Source: a virus
Direction: 5' to 3' (one strand)
Length of the DNA: 64,000 nucleotides
Virus record (IMG/VR): IMGVR_UViG_3300023174_000122
Location: 21,344 to 85,343 of that record
How positions within the stretch are numbered: the stretch's first letter is position 1; each line of letters starts with the position of its first letter. Under the pieces are notes generated by a model. The model ran no database searches and had not been told where the DNA came from. It saw nothing but the letters and a program-made list of their open reading frames with translations. Both the position numbers and the translations under genes were made by a program. This document shows positions 50,549-58,955 of this stretch, one piece after another.

Positions 50549-51230
50549 ATATAATTGCTGCAGAATATATTTCTGCAAGATACATTCTTTGTTGAAGAGT
50601 AGTGCCTGGCCAATGAATTAAAAAGTCTCCTTGCGACCATTGGCCGTTATTGCCATAAAAATCTTTGCCTTGTCTGTAATGACTTAAACTATTAATGCTT
50701 CCATGAAAATTGGTTTCTGGATAAAGCCTGTAATCGTACGAGTTTATCATTTTTTGAGGAAGTATTTTTGTTATCTTTTTGATATGTTCGTTTTGAGCTA
50801 TAAGATCTATTATAGCTTGTTGCTCTGCCCATGCATCATTTGCATATTTAGGGTAAAGACTAATTATATTTGAAAAAAATGCTCTTGAGCTTATTGTATT
50901 TTTTATAATAAATGAATCTACGTTTATATTATTTGCGTCCGTCGATACAAAGAAATCGTGTTCAGCGTCTATTAGGTCTGTAATTTTTATACTAAAATTA
51001 GTTATTAGCGTGTCCACTCCGCACCAATACAATAAATCGCATTTATTGTTCTCTAGTAACTCTAAGCTCCTATATATTTTTTCAAAACCTAAATTTGAAA
51101 ATTTAAAATCTGATAGTCTTTCTTCAAAAAGATAATTATGTTTTTTGCAATATTCTATTTTATTTACAGAGGTTACGTCTCTGAGAGATTTGTAGTTGTC
51201 TTTTGACAATGTGAATATCATTGTTCTCAT
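50541..51230 (-). CDS. Glycosyltransferase GT34 (GMA12/MNN10)-like
   Basis: NKIEYCKKHNY, DTLITN, D.NNINVDSFIIKN, EQQAI and W..GDFLIHWPG. Confidence 0.8.
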   Translation of the reverse strand: MRTMIFTLSKDNYKSLRDVTSVNKIEYCKKHNYLFEERLSDFKFSNLGFEKIYRSLELLENNKCDLLYWCGVDTLITNFSIKITDLIDAEHDFFVSTDANNINVDSFIIKNTISSRAFFSNIISLYPKYANDAWAEQQAIIDLIAQNEHIKKITKILPQKMINSYDYRLYPETNFHGSINSLSHYRQGKDFYGNNGQWSQGDFLIHWPGTTLQQRMYLAEIYSAAIIYD

Positions 51231-51565
51231 GATTTGAATTCTTTTATTTTAGTGTTAAAATACTTTTTTTGTAATTCGTGTTTTTTATTATATCTTAACA
51301 TATTAGCTTCGTCTACTTCTTTTGCCGTTATTGAACCGTACCTAGCTTTTTCAACTGCATCAAATGTAATCTTATTAGCGTCAATCATTTCATGATATTC
51401 TTTTGAATTGATAATTTCTTGCATTGCATTTTCACCAATTTGTTCTTTTATATAATCTAAACACTCTTTCCAATAAGGTTCGACTTGTTGATTTATATTC
51501 TTCTTTATATGAAGGATACTTAAGTAATCAAATGCATAAGCTTCATCGACTAATAGATTAATCAT
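51227..51565 (-). CDS. Helical hypothetical protein typical of phage glycosyltransferase clusters (DUF6165-like)
   Basis: DYLSILHIK...N..R...K pattern. The start is ATG 51565, after TAGATT-N17-CATCAT. Confidence 0.5.
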   Translation of the reverse strand: MINLLVDEAYAFDYLSILHIKKNINQQVEPYWKECLDYIKEQIGENAMQEIINSKEYHEMIDANKITFDAVEKARYGSITAKEVDEANMLRYNKKHELQKKYFNTKIKEFKS

Positions 51566-51582
51566 AGTATATGATGTATAAT

Positions 51583-52500
51583 TTAAAAGATTAAATCTAA
51601 ATAATTTTCTTTCCAAAATGGATAGACTTCTCCATTAAGAGCTTTTTTTATAATATCATAGGATAGCTTCGGCACTAGCTTAGATTCGTTATCTTGATGA
51701 AGATGTACATTCTGAGGATATAGCCAATTCATATCTGATATCTGTATATCCTTTAAAACTGGCAAGACCACATCTGAAGCGTTTATTGGAATATTTATAA
51801 TGATTATAGACTTAATATCAAAACACGCAGCTAGGTTCATAAATCCACTATTTAAGCCTATAAAGTATTCGCAAGTAGAAAGTTCTTCTATTGAATCTAT
51901 TATTGATTTACCACAAAAATTAGAGCAATTTTGTAATCCAACTGATTCACCACCAAACTCTACAAATGAATATTGTGAATTTGACGTTATAAATTCATTT
52001 ATCATTTTAATATTTTCTGGGTATATTTGCCTTGGTTTGGGGTGTGAATTTAATGAGAAGGCACTTACCCCTGTGCTTAAATGTATACCAATTTTATTTT
52101 TAATTTTTTGCTTGTTTGTGTTTAAATAAGATTTAGGTTTTGCATGTATTGGCAAATTAAGAAATCTACGCATCTTTTGTATAAGATGCCCACTACCTAG
52201 ATTATAAAACTCCAAAAGCTCTACTCTTAAAAAATCATCGCTTTGAACATGGTTAGACTCTTTGAATTTATTAAAATGTAAAATGTCTGCAAAATGCTTA
52301 GATTGACTAAATATATTCAAATTGCTTCTTGTATTTTCATCTTTAAATAGAAGATGACTTAAAGTGACAGCGTCTCCAATTCCTTGATTATAGTTAACTA
52401 TATTTGTATAGCGGGAGTAGCCTTTAACTTTATCTATATTATTCTTTGAAGACTCTAGCCTAGAATAGTATGATAGTATATAATCTTTTATATCATTCAA
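51583..52500 (-). CDS. GT9-like glycosyltransferase
   Basis: GIGDAV and FIGLNSGFMNLAA. The probable start is TTG 52500, 8 nt after a perfect promoter. Confidence 0.7.
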   Translation of the reverse strand: MNDIKDYILSYYSRLESSKNNIDKVKGYSRYTNIVNYNQGIGDAVTLSHLLFKDENTRSNLNIFSQSKHFADILHFNKFKESNHVQSDDFLRVELLEFYNLGSGHLIQKMRRFLNLPIHAKPKSYLNTNKQKIKNKIGIHLSTGVSAFSLNSHPKPRQIYPENIKMINEFITSNSQYSFVEFGGESVGLQNCSNFCGKSIIDSIEELSTCEYFIGLNSGFMNLAACFDIKSIIIINIPINASDVVLPVLKDIQISDMNWLYPQNVHLHQDNESKLVPKLSYDIIKKALNGEVYPFWKENYLDLIF

Positions 52501-52508
52501 GATAATAA

Positions 52509-52537
52509 ATTTTATCTTAAACAAGATTACAAGTCAA
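52509..52537 (-). promoter_or_regulatory. Sigma70 promoter, leaderless
   Basis: TTGACT-N17-TAAAAT-N8-TTG(52500). Confidence 0.7.
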
Positions 52538-52542
52538 GCAGT

Positions 52543-53184
52543 TTATACTAATGTCAAAAGATATTTTAATTGATTTAGCGAACCAAGCATTTCATCTCTT
52601 ATATTTAATAAATCTGAATCTTGAACTTTATCTAGCATATCATTCAAACTAATCAAAAATCTAATATAATTATTTGTTAATCCAAGAAAATCTGTATCTT
52701 TATAGTTAGCAAGAGTAAGATTAAATGTACCAGCAGCGATTACTCTACCATATTTGCCCATGTATGTTTCAATGAATTCATCAGTATTTTCCATCAAACT
52801 ACTTACAATTTCGTCAAATGATTTATGTTGTGAAAATGAGGTTGTTTGCCAATGTAAGATTTTATATTGGTGTTGCATTTGCAGAAGAGTTGTCTGAATT
52901 AATTCGCCCTTACCATTGTTTTCTGCTTTAATTTCTTTTACTTCTGAGGCTGGTGCAGTTACTGCTGTATTTATTGGTTCTTTAATTTTATTAATATTTT
53001 TAATATCTTCTGTAAAATCTACTTCAATTTCGTTAGCTTTAGATTTGTTTTTTGGATGGCTAAAAGTATTAAGACAAATTGCTACTTTTTGATCATTTGG
53101 CATTTCATCTTCTTTAAGGGAATGCATGCAACGCCCCATATAGTCGTTTTGTTTTTCGTTATCTTTTCTTTGAGGTATAGGCAC
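52543..53184 (-). CDS. Dps/ferritin-like protein (DUF5856-like) with an N-terminal extra domain
   Basis: HWQT.SFSQHK.FD...DEFIE..MGKYG...DLLNIRDEM...LKYLLTL. Confidence 0.8.
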   Translation of the reverse strand: MPIPQRKDNEKQNDYMGRCMHSLKEDEMPNDQKVAICLNTFSHPKNKSKANEIEVDFTEDIKNINKIKEPINTAVTAPASEVKEIKAENNGKGELIQTTLLQMQHQYKILHWQTTSFSQHKSFDEIVSSLMENTDEFIETYMGKYGRVIAAGTFNLTLANYKDTDFLGLTNNYIRFLISLNDMLDKVQDSDLLNIRDEMLGSLNQLKYLLTLV

Positions 53185-53192
53185 ATCAGCTA

Positions 53193-53198
53193 TTACAC
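53193..53198 (-). promoter_or_regulatory. GTGTAA candidate late-promoter motif
   Basis: GTGTAA-N8-GTG(53184). Confidence 0.6.
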
Positions 53199-53199
53199 G

Positions 53200-53775
53200 T
53201 TATTTACATGGGTTAGCTATACTATTAGAAGTATTATTAATCTCATTAAATATCACTTTGGATAAAGCGTCGGCTTCTATATAGTAAGTCAATTCTAAAC
53301 CATTATTCCAATAATACCTATCATCTTTTTTATAGAATCTATTGGTATAATCATCTTTTCCAACTATATAACAAGGTCTAACTATTGAATAGTTTTTAAT
53401 GTTATCTATAATAAAATCTTCGCACTCTTTTTTATTATGAGCATATCTAGCCATTTCATACATATCTGGACTTACATTTTGAAATGGGATACCTTCAACC
53501 GCGCTAGTTGATATAAATATATATCTATTAAACTTTAAAGACTGATAAGTATTTTTAAATTGATTTAAATTATAACAAGAAAAGTCAACTACAACATCAT
53601 ATTCTTTATTTTTTATATTGAAGCAATATTTTTCATTGTCTCTATCTATAATAATATCTGGAGTTTTTGTAATTCCTCTGTTGGCTAGAATTAAGTTATA
53701 GTCACTATTAAGAGATACATAGTCTACAAAATTCTTACCTACGAATTTACTACCGCCGAGTATTAGGATATTCAT
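53200..53775 (-). CDS. NAD-dependent epimerase/dehydratase family protein (short)
   Basis: GGSKFVG, NRG, YIFIST, YAHNK and RP..IVG. Confidence 0.8.
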   Translation of the reverse strand: MNILILGGSKFVGKNFVDYVSLNSDYNLILANRGITKTPDIIIDRDNEKYCFNIKNKEYDVVVDFSCYNLNQFKNTYQSLKFNRYIFISTSAVEGIPFQNVSPDMYEMARYAHNKKECEDFIIDNIKNYSIVRPCYIVGKDDYTNRFYKKDDRYYWNNGLELTYYIEADALSKVIFNEINNTSNSIANPCK

Positions 53776-54363
53776 TTATAGAATTCTCCAGTATCTGTTT
53801 TCAATTACTTCAAATTTTTTATTATTTTCTAAACAATATTGATTCACAGCTTTCGCTACATCTGGCGCAAAAACAAAGTCGTCTCCAAAAATAACACCAT
53901 TCGGACTTAAAAGATTTGAATAATTATTTATGTCTGCATATACATCTTCATACATATGAGATCCGTCTATATATATTAAATCTGCTTTGAGATTCATGTC
54001 TTTAAATTTTTTATAATAAAATAAAGAAGTATTTGGACATGGAACTATATAGTCTTCACATTTTTCAAAAAGAATATTATTAAGAAATTTGTAATAAATT
54101 TGAGGGTAACCATTTTTTAAATCTTCTTTTTCTAAATCCCAAGTCCCTAAAAAAGTATCGACGCAGTATATTTTGCATTTGATATTATTTCTTTTTAAAA
54201 TATTAGCCATATTAATAGCTGACTGCCCCTTCCAAGTACCCACTTCTATAATAACTTTAGGTTCAACTTGCAAATCTAAAATAAGTTTTTCAAAAATTGG
54301 ATGATCGCCACCCCAACCAGTTAAATCTCTTGCAAAAAATGGTAAATCTTCGTAAATGCTCAT
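53776..54363 (-). CDS. Class I SAM-dependent methyltransferase (Methyltransf_24-like)
   Basis: IEVGTWKGQS, CVDTF, DLIYIDGSHMY and GVIFGDD. Confidence 0.88.
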   Translation of the reverse strand: MSIYEDLPFFARDLTGWGGDHPIFEKLILDLQVEPKVIIEVGTWKGQSAINMANILKRNNIKCKIYCVDTFLGTWDLEKEDLKNGYPQIYYKFLNNILFEKCEDYIVPCPNTSLFYYKKFKDMNLKADLIYIDGSHMYEDVYADINNYSNLLSPNGVIFGDDFVFAPDVAKAVNQYCLENNKKFEVIENRYWRIL

Positions 54364-54374
54364 TACTAATAGTA

Positions 54375-55130
54375 CTAACTAATGTTATGATTGTGCATTA
54401 TATTTAAAATATCGTCGATAGTTTTAAATGTTTTAATATTTTTATTTTGATGCCAATTCAAAACAGAAAGATTTTGTTCTTTCCATTCCCAATAATAAAT
54501 ATAAGTTGGAATACCAATACTTGTGGCTATATGCGCCATGCCACTAGTTATCCCTATAAAAATTTTAGATTCAGATAAAGTCTTAATTGAGTTCGTGAGT
54601 TCTCCTTCGTGTTCTCCTACTATAGTAGCTTTGTAATTTTTTAAACATAACATTTTTCTATATATATCATTTTTAAAGTCTGAAGAAATATTTCTATGGT
54701 TATCTATCCAATTTGGTTTTGCTACTTCGTATATGCCTTTATTTTGATTATAAAATTTTGATTCTATTTGGATGCTGATTTTATTTATGTTATTTAAATT
54801 TTTCTTTAATTTAGTAGGCACTGGTAGATTATTACAAAACAATGCGCTCTCTGGTATAGTAAAGGATCTAGTAAATTCATTATGTTGATTTTGAGGTTCA
54901 TCTACTATTTCAATTTCTGCTCCAAAAGAATCTAAAAGATTAAAACATTCTTTTATTTTTTCTTCGTAATTATGATTATAGTTTGTTTTAAAGTTTTCAA
55001 AACTATAAGGATATTTTGATATATAAACTTTACTTTTATTTTGTTTGCTCAAAAGAATTACTCCGCTTGCTATTAGCCAAATATCACCTAAATGAGCTCC
55101 ATCTGCAATTCCATAGATTTTTTTATTCAT
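54375..55130 (-). CDS. GT9-like glycosyltransferase, paralog 1
   Basis: GAHLGDIWL and FIGITSGMAHIATSIGIP. The likely start is ATG 55130. Confidence 0.7.
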   Translation of the reverse strand: MNKKIYGIADGAHLGDIWLIASGVILLSKQNKSKVYISKYPYSFENFKTNYNHNYEEKIKECFNLLDSFGAEIEIVDEPQNQHNEFTRSFTIPESALFCNNLPVPTKLKKNLNNINKISIQIESKFYNQNKGIYEVAKPNWIDNHRNISSDFKNDIYRKMLCLKNYKATIVGEHEGELTNSIKTLSESKIFIGITSGMAHIATSIGIPTYIYYWEWKEQNLSVLNWHQNKNIKTFKTIDDILNIMHNHNIS

Positions 55131-55131
55131 A

Positions 55132-55863
55132 TTAATTATATATGATACCGTGCTCATTGAAAATATTTAATATATCTTCAAATGTTTTAAATTTTTTAAT
55201 ATTTTTATTTTTATGAAATTGATCCAAATATATATCTTCATTTTGTTTAAAATCATATAAATAAACTGGTATTCCAACACTAGATCCAATATGAGCCATT
55301 CCACTATCAATACCTATAAATATATTTGATTCAGCTATTTTGTTAATAGAGCTTTCTATTCCAATATGCTCTCCAACAGAATTTATTTTTAGATTTTGAA
55401 AACTAATAAAATTAAGAAAAATTTTTTCTAATTCTAGATATGAAATATTTCTGTATTCATTTTGTGCGCTATTTTTTCTAGAGGTATAAATCCCTTTTTC
55501 TTTATCAAAAAATAATGAAGCTAGTTGTAAAGATATAGTATTCTTGTCTTTAGGTTTGTGTTTAATTTTTGTAAATACAATAGGATCTTCATTTAAAAAA
55601 GCTCCTCTGCTTATTGGAAAGTGAATAGTATTTTCATCATATTGATTTTGAAAATCATCAACTATTTCAATTTTTGCTTCTGTTGTGTCTAAAACATTTA
55701 AACATTCTATAATAATATCTTTTCGATCATAATTTTCGTAATCTGCGTATCTAGACAAATAGATTATTTCTTTATTTTTTTTACTATACAATATAGCAGA
55801 ACTTATAGATAACCATATATCTCCAAAATGCGCTCCTGGATGTAATCCATAAATTTTTTTCAT
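55132..55863 (-). CDS. GT9-like glycosyltransferase, paralog 2
   Basis: GAHFGDIWL and FIGIDSGMAHIGSSVGIP. Confidence 0.72.
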   Translation of the reverse strand: MKKIYGLHPGAHFGDIWLSISSAILYSKKNKEIIYLSRYADYENYDRKDIIIECLNVLDTTEAKIEIVDDFQNQYDENTIHFPISRGAFLNEDPIVFTKIKHKPKDKNTISLQLASLFFDKEKGIYTSRKNSAQNEYRNISYLELEKIFLNFISFQNLKINSVGEHIGIESSINKIAESNIFIGIDSGMAHIGSSVGIPVYLYDFKQNEDIYLDQFHKNKNIKKFKTFEDILNIFNEHGIIYN

Positions 55864-55864
55864 A

Positions 55865-56722
55865 TTATTTTACAAAGTATTGATTACAAAAGCTTAGTAA
55901 TGCTAGGATAACTGTTGGTGCGAAGAACCATAACCTTAAAAAAATTAGCATTCCAAAATGTAAACCTAGTGCGCAAAGAATGGCGAGAGGTCTTGTCTCT
56001 TTTAAAAAGAAAAGAATTGGTGAAAAAAATTGAAAACACATCGTTCCATAATTTAAAGTTTTTGCAATAAATAAATTTAAAAACATGCTTTTGCATATTC
56101 TTCTTCCCCATGATTCAGATAAAGCAGCATTTCTTAAGGCTAATCCTTCTTGCCAGTATTTGTCTTTAAGTTTGTGTATGCTGGAAAGAAAATAACTACT
56201 TATAACTGTAAGCTGTATGATTCTTAAGCTCCAGCCATCTATGGTCTCGAGATTAGAAGAAAAGCCTAAAAAATAATCAATTGAATATTTAGAGCCACAA
56301 TCTATTAATAGTAATGAAAATAACATTACTCTAGCAAATACATCTGCATCACTAAATATTATTGGCATTATTCTAGCTTGTAAAGATGAGTAAGTAATAA
56401 AAAAAATTAATATTGATAAATTTGTTAGAAAACCAAAAATAGAAGTTAAACCAGAAACTACGAATAAAAATAAAATAATAATTTGGGCTAGCTCTGATCT
56501 GAGTATAAATCTAAAATTAAATAGCGAACTTTGCCTTATGTAGGCTCTGTCGTAAAAGACTGAACTGTATAAACCATTTGGTTTAGAAAAAAGAATGACA
56601 TACCTAAATATAAATAGAAACGAAGACAAAAAATATCCGCAATATAATATTCTTAATATTGCAGCAAAATAACTGGATATTTTATATTCAAAGAAAAAAT
56701 TATATATATCTAAAGCGCTCAT
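55865..56722 (-). CDS. HTTM-domain multi-pass membrane protein (vitamin K-dependent carboxylase / SdpB-like)
   Basis: LRI...GFLT...YSID...LRIIQ...YFLSSIHKL...W.EG.AL...LHFG pattern, with 6-7 TM segments. Confidence 0.8.
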   Translation of the reverse strand: MSALDIYNFFFEYKISSYFAAILRILYCGYFLSSFLFIFRYVILFSKPNGLYSSVFYDRAYIRQSSLFNFRFILRSELAQIIILFLFVVSGLTSIFGFLTNLSILIFFITYSSLQARIMPIIFSDADVFARVMLFSLLLIDCGSKYSIDYFLGFSSNLETIDGWSLRIIQLTVISSYFLSSIHKLKDKYWQEGLALRNAALSESWGRRICKSMFLNLFIAKTLNYGTMCFQFFSPILFFLKETRPLAILCALGLHFGMLIFLRLWFFAPTVILALLSFCNQYFVK

Positions 56723-57230
56723 CGAAGTTTTTATCTTCCAGCTTCCAAGAAAATATTAATTCCTCTTTTATTGGTTTTGATCTATTTTTTACTATTTCGT
56801 CTGTTTCAAAAGAGCTGTAAAGTGATGAAAAAATTTCAAAAGAAAGTAATTGATCGTTACGATTATAAAAATACGCTTCAATTTTTTCTTTAAAATAATC
56901 ATTCATAAATGCATTGAAATTATAAAAAGTATAATTAAAAGCCAAATGTTGTCTTACAAAATGTGGCCCTATATAAAAATTCCCAATTTTTTCATCTTTT
57001 CTTAAGTACCATACTTTTTTAGAATGCAAAGAAATTCCTACTAGTTTAATATCTCTGAATTCATTATTCATTCCTAAAAAAAGAGCAAAAGAAGAAAAAA
57101 ATCTGCTCATCTTTACAAAAGGGTCTCGTTTTTTTAAAAGTTCAATATCTGTTTGTATAGTGTTAATTAATATTTCTTGAACCAAAAAAAATAAATATAA
57201 TGAAATTATAATAATTTTAAAAAAAATCAT
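56700..57230 (-). CDS. Membrane-anchored partner of the HTTM protein (SdpA/DUF5819-like, tentative)
   Basis: N-terminal TM helix and an FALF motif. It overlaps the HTTM gene start. Confidence 0.45.
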   Translation of the reverse strand: MIFFKIIIISLYLFFLVQEILINTIQTDIELLKKRDPFVKMSRFFSSFALFLGMNNEFRDIKLVGISLHSKKVWYLRKDEKIGNFYIGPHFVRQHLAFNYTFYNFNAFMNDYFKEKIEAYFYNRNDQLLSFEIFSSLYSSFETDEIVKNRSKPIKEELIFSWKLEDKNFDERFRYI

Positions 57231-57236
57231 ATCTAA

Positions 57237-57944
57237 TTATTTATTACGTTTAATTAAATCAACTTCAGTAGATGTAGTAATAAGTTTATTTTTAGTTTTA
57301 AAGAAAAATGTTTGATATAGTCTTCCTTCTTCAAAGATGTTTGAAAATCCATCAGCTCCACTGTGAGGTTTTTGAGATCTACAAAGAATCAATCTATTAT
57401 AAACTGCACCTAAAGAGTCTATTAATTTCCAATTTTCTTTAGAAGTCATCCAATCGTAATTATTTTTCTTATTAATATTTTCCCATAAAAATAGTCCAGA
57501 ATCAATTGGCGCTTGTGGATTTAAATAAATTAAACCTACCCAATCATTATGCTCTAGCGAATTCCACCAATCGGTTACATGGTTATGAACAGCATCTCCT
57601 AATTTCTGACCAACTAATGGTTTTATATGAAATGTGCAATTCCATTTTGGGCTTTTTTTTGGTTCTTCATGATTTCTTTTGCCATCACTATCATATGGGT
57701 GTTTAGGCCTAGTCCTTTGCCAATTTTCTCTATCTAATTCCTCTCCAGTTAAGAATTCTAAATTTTTAATTAGACTTTCTGAAGATTTGAATGGGCAGTC
57801 ACGCCATTCTTTAAAATTATTTGCATACCAATCTTCTGTGCCGTAAGGTAAATATCTATCAAATGTTAGTTCATGTAAAGCGTACTGTCTTACTTTATCT
57901 GGATCTTTATAAAAATTTTCTGCAATAATGATATCTTTTTTCAA
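57237..57944 (-). CDS. 2OG-Fe(II) oxygenase (DUF6445-like)
   Basis: IAENFYKDPDKVR, HV.D, GLIYLNP, YNRLIL..H and RLYQTFF. Confidence 0.8.
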   Translation of the reverse strand: MKKDIIIAENFYKDPDKVRQYALHELTFDRYLPYGTEDWYANNFKEWRDCPFKSSESLIKNLEFLTGEELDRENWQRTRPKHPYDSDGKRNHEEPKKSPKWNCTFHIKPLVGQKLGDAVHNHVTDWWNSLEHNDWVGLIYLNPQAPIDSGLFLWENINKKNNYDWMTSKENWKLIDSLGAVYNRLILCRSQKPHSGADGFSNIFEEGRLYQTFFFKTKNKLITTSTEVDLIKRNK

Positions 57945-58831
57945 GTTAATAAATCTCCTAAAGTTTGATTAAAGTATTCAAAATAAGTTGGACTAGACTC
58001 AAGGTCATAAAATTCTTCTTTTTTCCACCGTTCAAAAGTAGACCCTGTTTCTTTTTTCTTTTTCTTTATAGCCTCTAGGTTTCTTTTAATAATATAGTTG
58101 GGGTCGCTATGAAACCAGTGAACTATTGCACTTCTATCAAATTTTGCACCAATATATCCATGATATGAATACGGACAAACTTCAAAAGCAAATAGTCTGT
58201 TATTTACTGGTTTTACTTCTTTTACCAATGAATCTGACTCGTAATTAGTATATACTCCTGTGCCTCCACCATCTTTTTCTTCTAAAGGAGACTTATTGTT
58301 TAAGTAGTAAATAATCGCTATTTGTCTAGCAATTTTAGATGTATTTGGTTGTAAATTTTTAGAGTCATCTTGGTATTCGCAATCTACACCTGTTAATTTT
58401 ATTTTTTTATTTTTGTCGTTGATTGCAGAACAAATACCAAGATCTGCATGAGACCAACCATCTCTAGAAGGTTTTTCTTTTGATCCTTTATGTAAATGCA
58501 CTGACATAGCTAAGTGTTGATTTAATTCAACGCCAAAAAGTTGGGCTATAAAATCTTTATATACTTCTTCTGCAAAAAAATTATATCCGTCTGTGAGATC
58601 TTGTTCTTTTAACCCGTATATGTAAGCGTCATAGAGCAATTCTCCAGGACCTATTTTTCCAGCAGGTTTTTCTGTTTTTAAAATAAGAGATGCAAATTTT
58701 TTACATAATTTATTATAGATCTCTTCTGTAAAAAAATTATCTATTATAGCGTGATTATAAGGCTCGCTAAATTTTTCTATTTTAATATTTTCTGATATAT
58801 AAGGGTGACAGGTTATGGGTACAGAGTCCAT
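57941..58831 (-). CDS. 2OG-Fe(II) oxygenase (prolyl-hydroxylase-like)
   Basis: HxD (HAD), AIIYYLN, GGGT, PVNNRLFAF...SYHG and R..I..W. Confidence 0.85.
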   Translation of the reverse strand: MDSVPITCHPYISENIKIEKFSEPYNHAIIDNFFTEEIYNKLCKKFASLILKTEKPAGKIGPGELLYDAYIYGLKEQDLTDGYNFFAEEVYKDFIAQLFGVELNQHLAMSVHLHKGSKEKPSRDGWSHADLGICSAINDKNKKIKLTGVDCEYQDDSKNLQPNTSKIARQIAIIYYLNNKSPLEEKDGGGTGVYTNYESDSLVKEVKPVNNRLFAFEVCPYSYHGYIGAKFDRSAIVHWFHSDPNYIIKRNLEAIKKKKKETGSTFERWKKEEFYDLESSPTYFEYFNQTLGDLLT

Positions 58832-58836
58832 AAAAG

Positions 58837-58871
58837 ATTATATTGGACAAGGCTTATTTTTTCAATATAAT
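58837..58871. promoter_or_regulatory. Overlapping bidirectional sigma70 promoters
   Basis: Minus strand: TTGAAA-N17-TATAAT-N5-ATG(58831). Plus strand: TTGGAC-N17-TATAAT-N6-ATG(58878). Confidence 0.65.
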
Positions 58872-58877
58872 AATAAT

Positions 58878-58952
58878 ATGACCATTTCTACTAGTTTAAT
58901 TTGTTTTGCTGTATTGGTTTATATATATTATTTAGTAGAAAGAGTTAAGTAA
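58878..58952 (+). CDS. Unannotated 24-aa hydrophobic membrane peptide MTISTSLICFAVLVYIYYLVERVK
   Basis: It fills the largest intergenic gap, has its own leaderless promoter, and consists of a single TM helix plus a charged tail. Confidence 0.55.
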   Translation: MTISTSLICFAVLVYIYYLVERVK

Positions 58953-58955
58953 AAA

